NCBI GenBank assembly: GCA_964565775.1
Contig: CAZMGB010000006.1
Span: forward strand, 9,403 to 73,402
Reading direction: 5' to 3'
Length of the DNA stretch: 64,000 nucleotides
From: an uncultured Dehalococcoidia bacterium
Lineage (GTDB): Bacteria > Chloroflexota > Dehalococcoidia > DSTF01 > JALHUB01
The notes under the pieces were generated by a model. The model was not told the DNA's origin. It made no database searches and worked only from the letters and a program-made list of their open reading frames with translations. A program made the translations under genes and the position numbers. Position 1 is the stretch's first letter. Each line of letters starts with the position of its first letter. Below are positions 63,469 to 64,000 of the stretch, piece after piece.

Positions 63469-64000
63469 ATGTTCAAGACCGAGCTGACAGAGATTCTGGG
63501 CATCGACTACCCGATTATCCAGGCAGGCATGGGCGGCGTCGCCCTATCCCGACTGGCGGCCGCCGTCTCGAACGCCGGCGGCCTGGGCGTGGTGGCCGGC
63601 GCCATGCTGGACAAGGACCACTTCCGGGCCGAGCTCCGCGAGTGCAAGCGCCTCACGAGCAAGACGTTCGGCGCCGATCTCCTCCTGGCCGAAGGCATGC
63701 CCGGCACCGAAGAGCTGATGGAGGTCATGTTTGAGGAGAAGGTGCCGGTGTTCGTCTCCGGCCTCGGCAGCCCCGGACCCTGGATGGAGCGAATGCACGA
63801 GGCGGGGATGAAGGTCGTAGCGCTGGTGGGCAATGTCCGTCACGCCCTGCGCTGTGCCGCCGACGGCGTCGATATCATCGTCGCCCAGGGACACGAGGCG
63901 GGCGGCCACACGGGCCGCGTCGCCGCCCTGGCCCTGGTGCCTCAGGTGGCCGACGCCGTGAAGCAGATACCCATCGTCGCCGCCGGCGGCATCTCCGACG
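63469..64000 (+). CDS. nitronate monooxygenase / FabK-like FMN oxidoreductase (3' partial, runs off window)
   Basis: Not in the ORF track. ATG 63469 follows GAAAGGAG. My own translation is MFKTELTEILGIDYPIIQAGMGGVA...AQGHEAGGHTG...IVAAGGI. Confidence 0.75.
   Translation, partial: MFKTELTEILGIDYPIIQAGMGGVALSRLAAAVSNAGGLGVVAGAMLDKDHFRAELRECKRLTSKTFGADLLLAEGMPGTEELMEVMFEEKVPVFVSGLGSPGPWMERMHEAGMKVVALVGNVRHALRCAADGVDIIVAQGHEAGGHTGRVAALALVPQVADAVKQIPIVAAGGISD

Overview
High-GC (~65%) bacterial chromosomal window. CDS coordinates follow the ORF track, with several starts re-called from paralog alignment and RBS position. Non-coding motif coordinates were counted by hand and may be off by 1-2 bp. 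No database search was possible, so all family names come from motif recognition.

(1) 1-16.7 kb, + strand: one tightly packed respiratory supercluster. It runs dsrN (5' partial)-dsrA-dsrB-dsrD-dsrC-dsrM-dsrK. dsrK is translationally coupled to a Rieske / split cytochrome b complex with two c-type cytochromes. Then follow a HEAT-like lipoprotein, a QmoC-like FeS/heme-b membrane protein, a small membrane protein plus a TauE/SafE (TSUP) permease, a second DsrM/DsrK-like pair and a DsrE-like protein.

(2) 16.9-29.4 kb, minus strand: three tandem paralogous cassettes. Each carries a TSUP permease, an exported TM-anchored protein and a Cys-less DsrC/TusE-like protein with a conserved WWERLT tail. 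Each is preceded by the same non-coding architecture: + strand promoter-like hexamers, a structured element with a 12-bp hairpin, and 11-bp-phased NTGAAG arrays. An OmpR-type two-component system sits directly upstream, and scars of deleted RR/HK copies show the unit arose by segmental duplication. This is my main candidate for an undescribed system.

(3) 29.7-50.4 kb: a one-polypeptide hybrid HK-REC-OmpR protein, selA, a LigB-like/AMMECR1 fusion, mutS2 followed by two hicAB modules bracketed by three copies of the mutS2 3' end, a TPR protein, F420 genes (cofD, cofC) with nitroreductases, and rarA, whose 3' end is repeatedly duplicated around palindromic elements and a DUF559 gene.

(4) 50.4-64 kb: a TIGR02391-like pair, an orphan csrA-like gene, tRNA-Met, an orphan type-II DMSO-reductase-family beta subunit plus chaperone with no alpha subunit, and two tandem [CrtI-family flavoprotein + SCP2] modules.

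No rRNA, CRISPR array, integrase or transposase was recognised.
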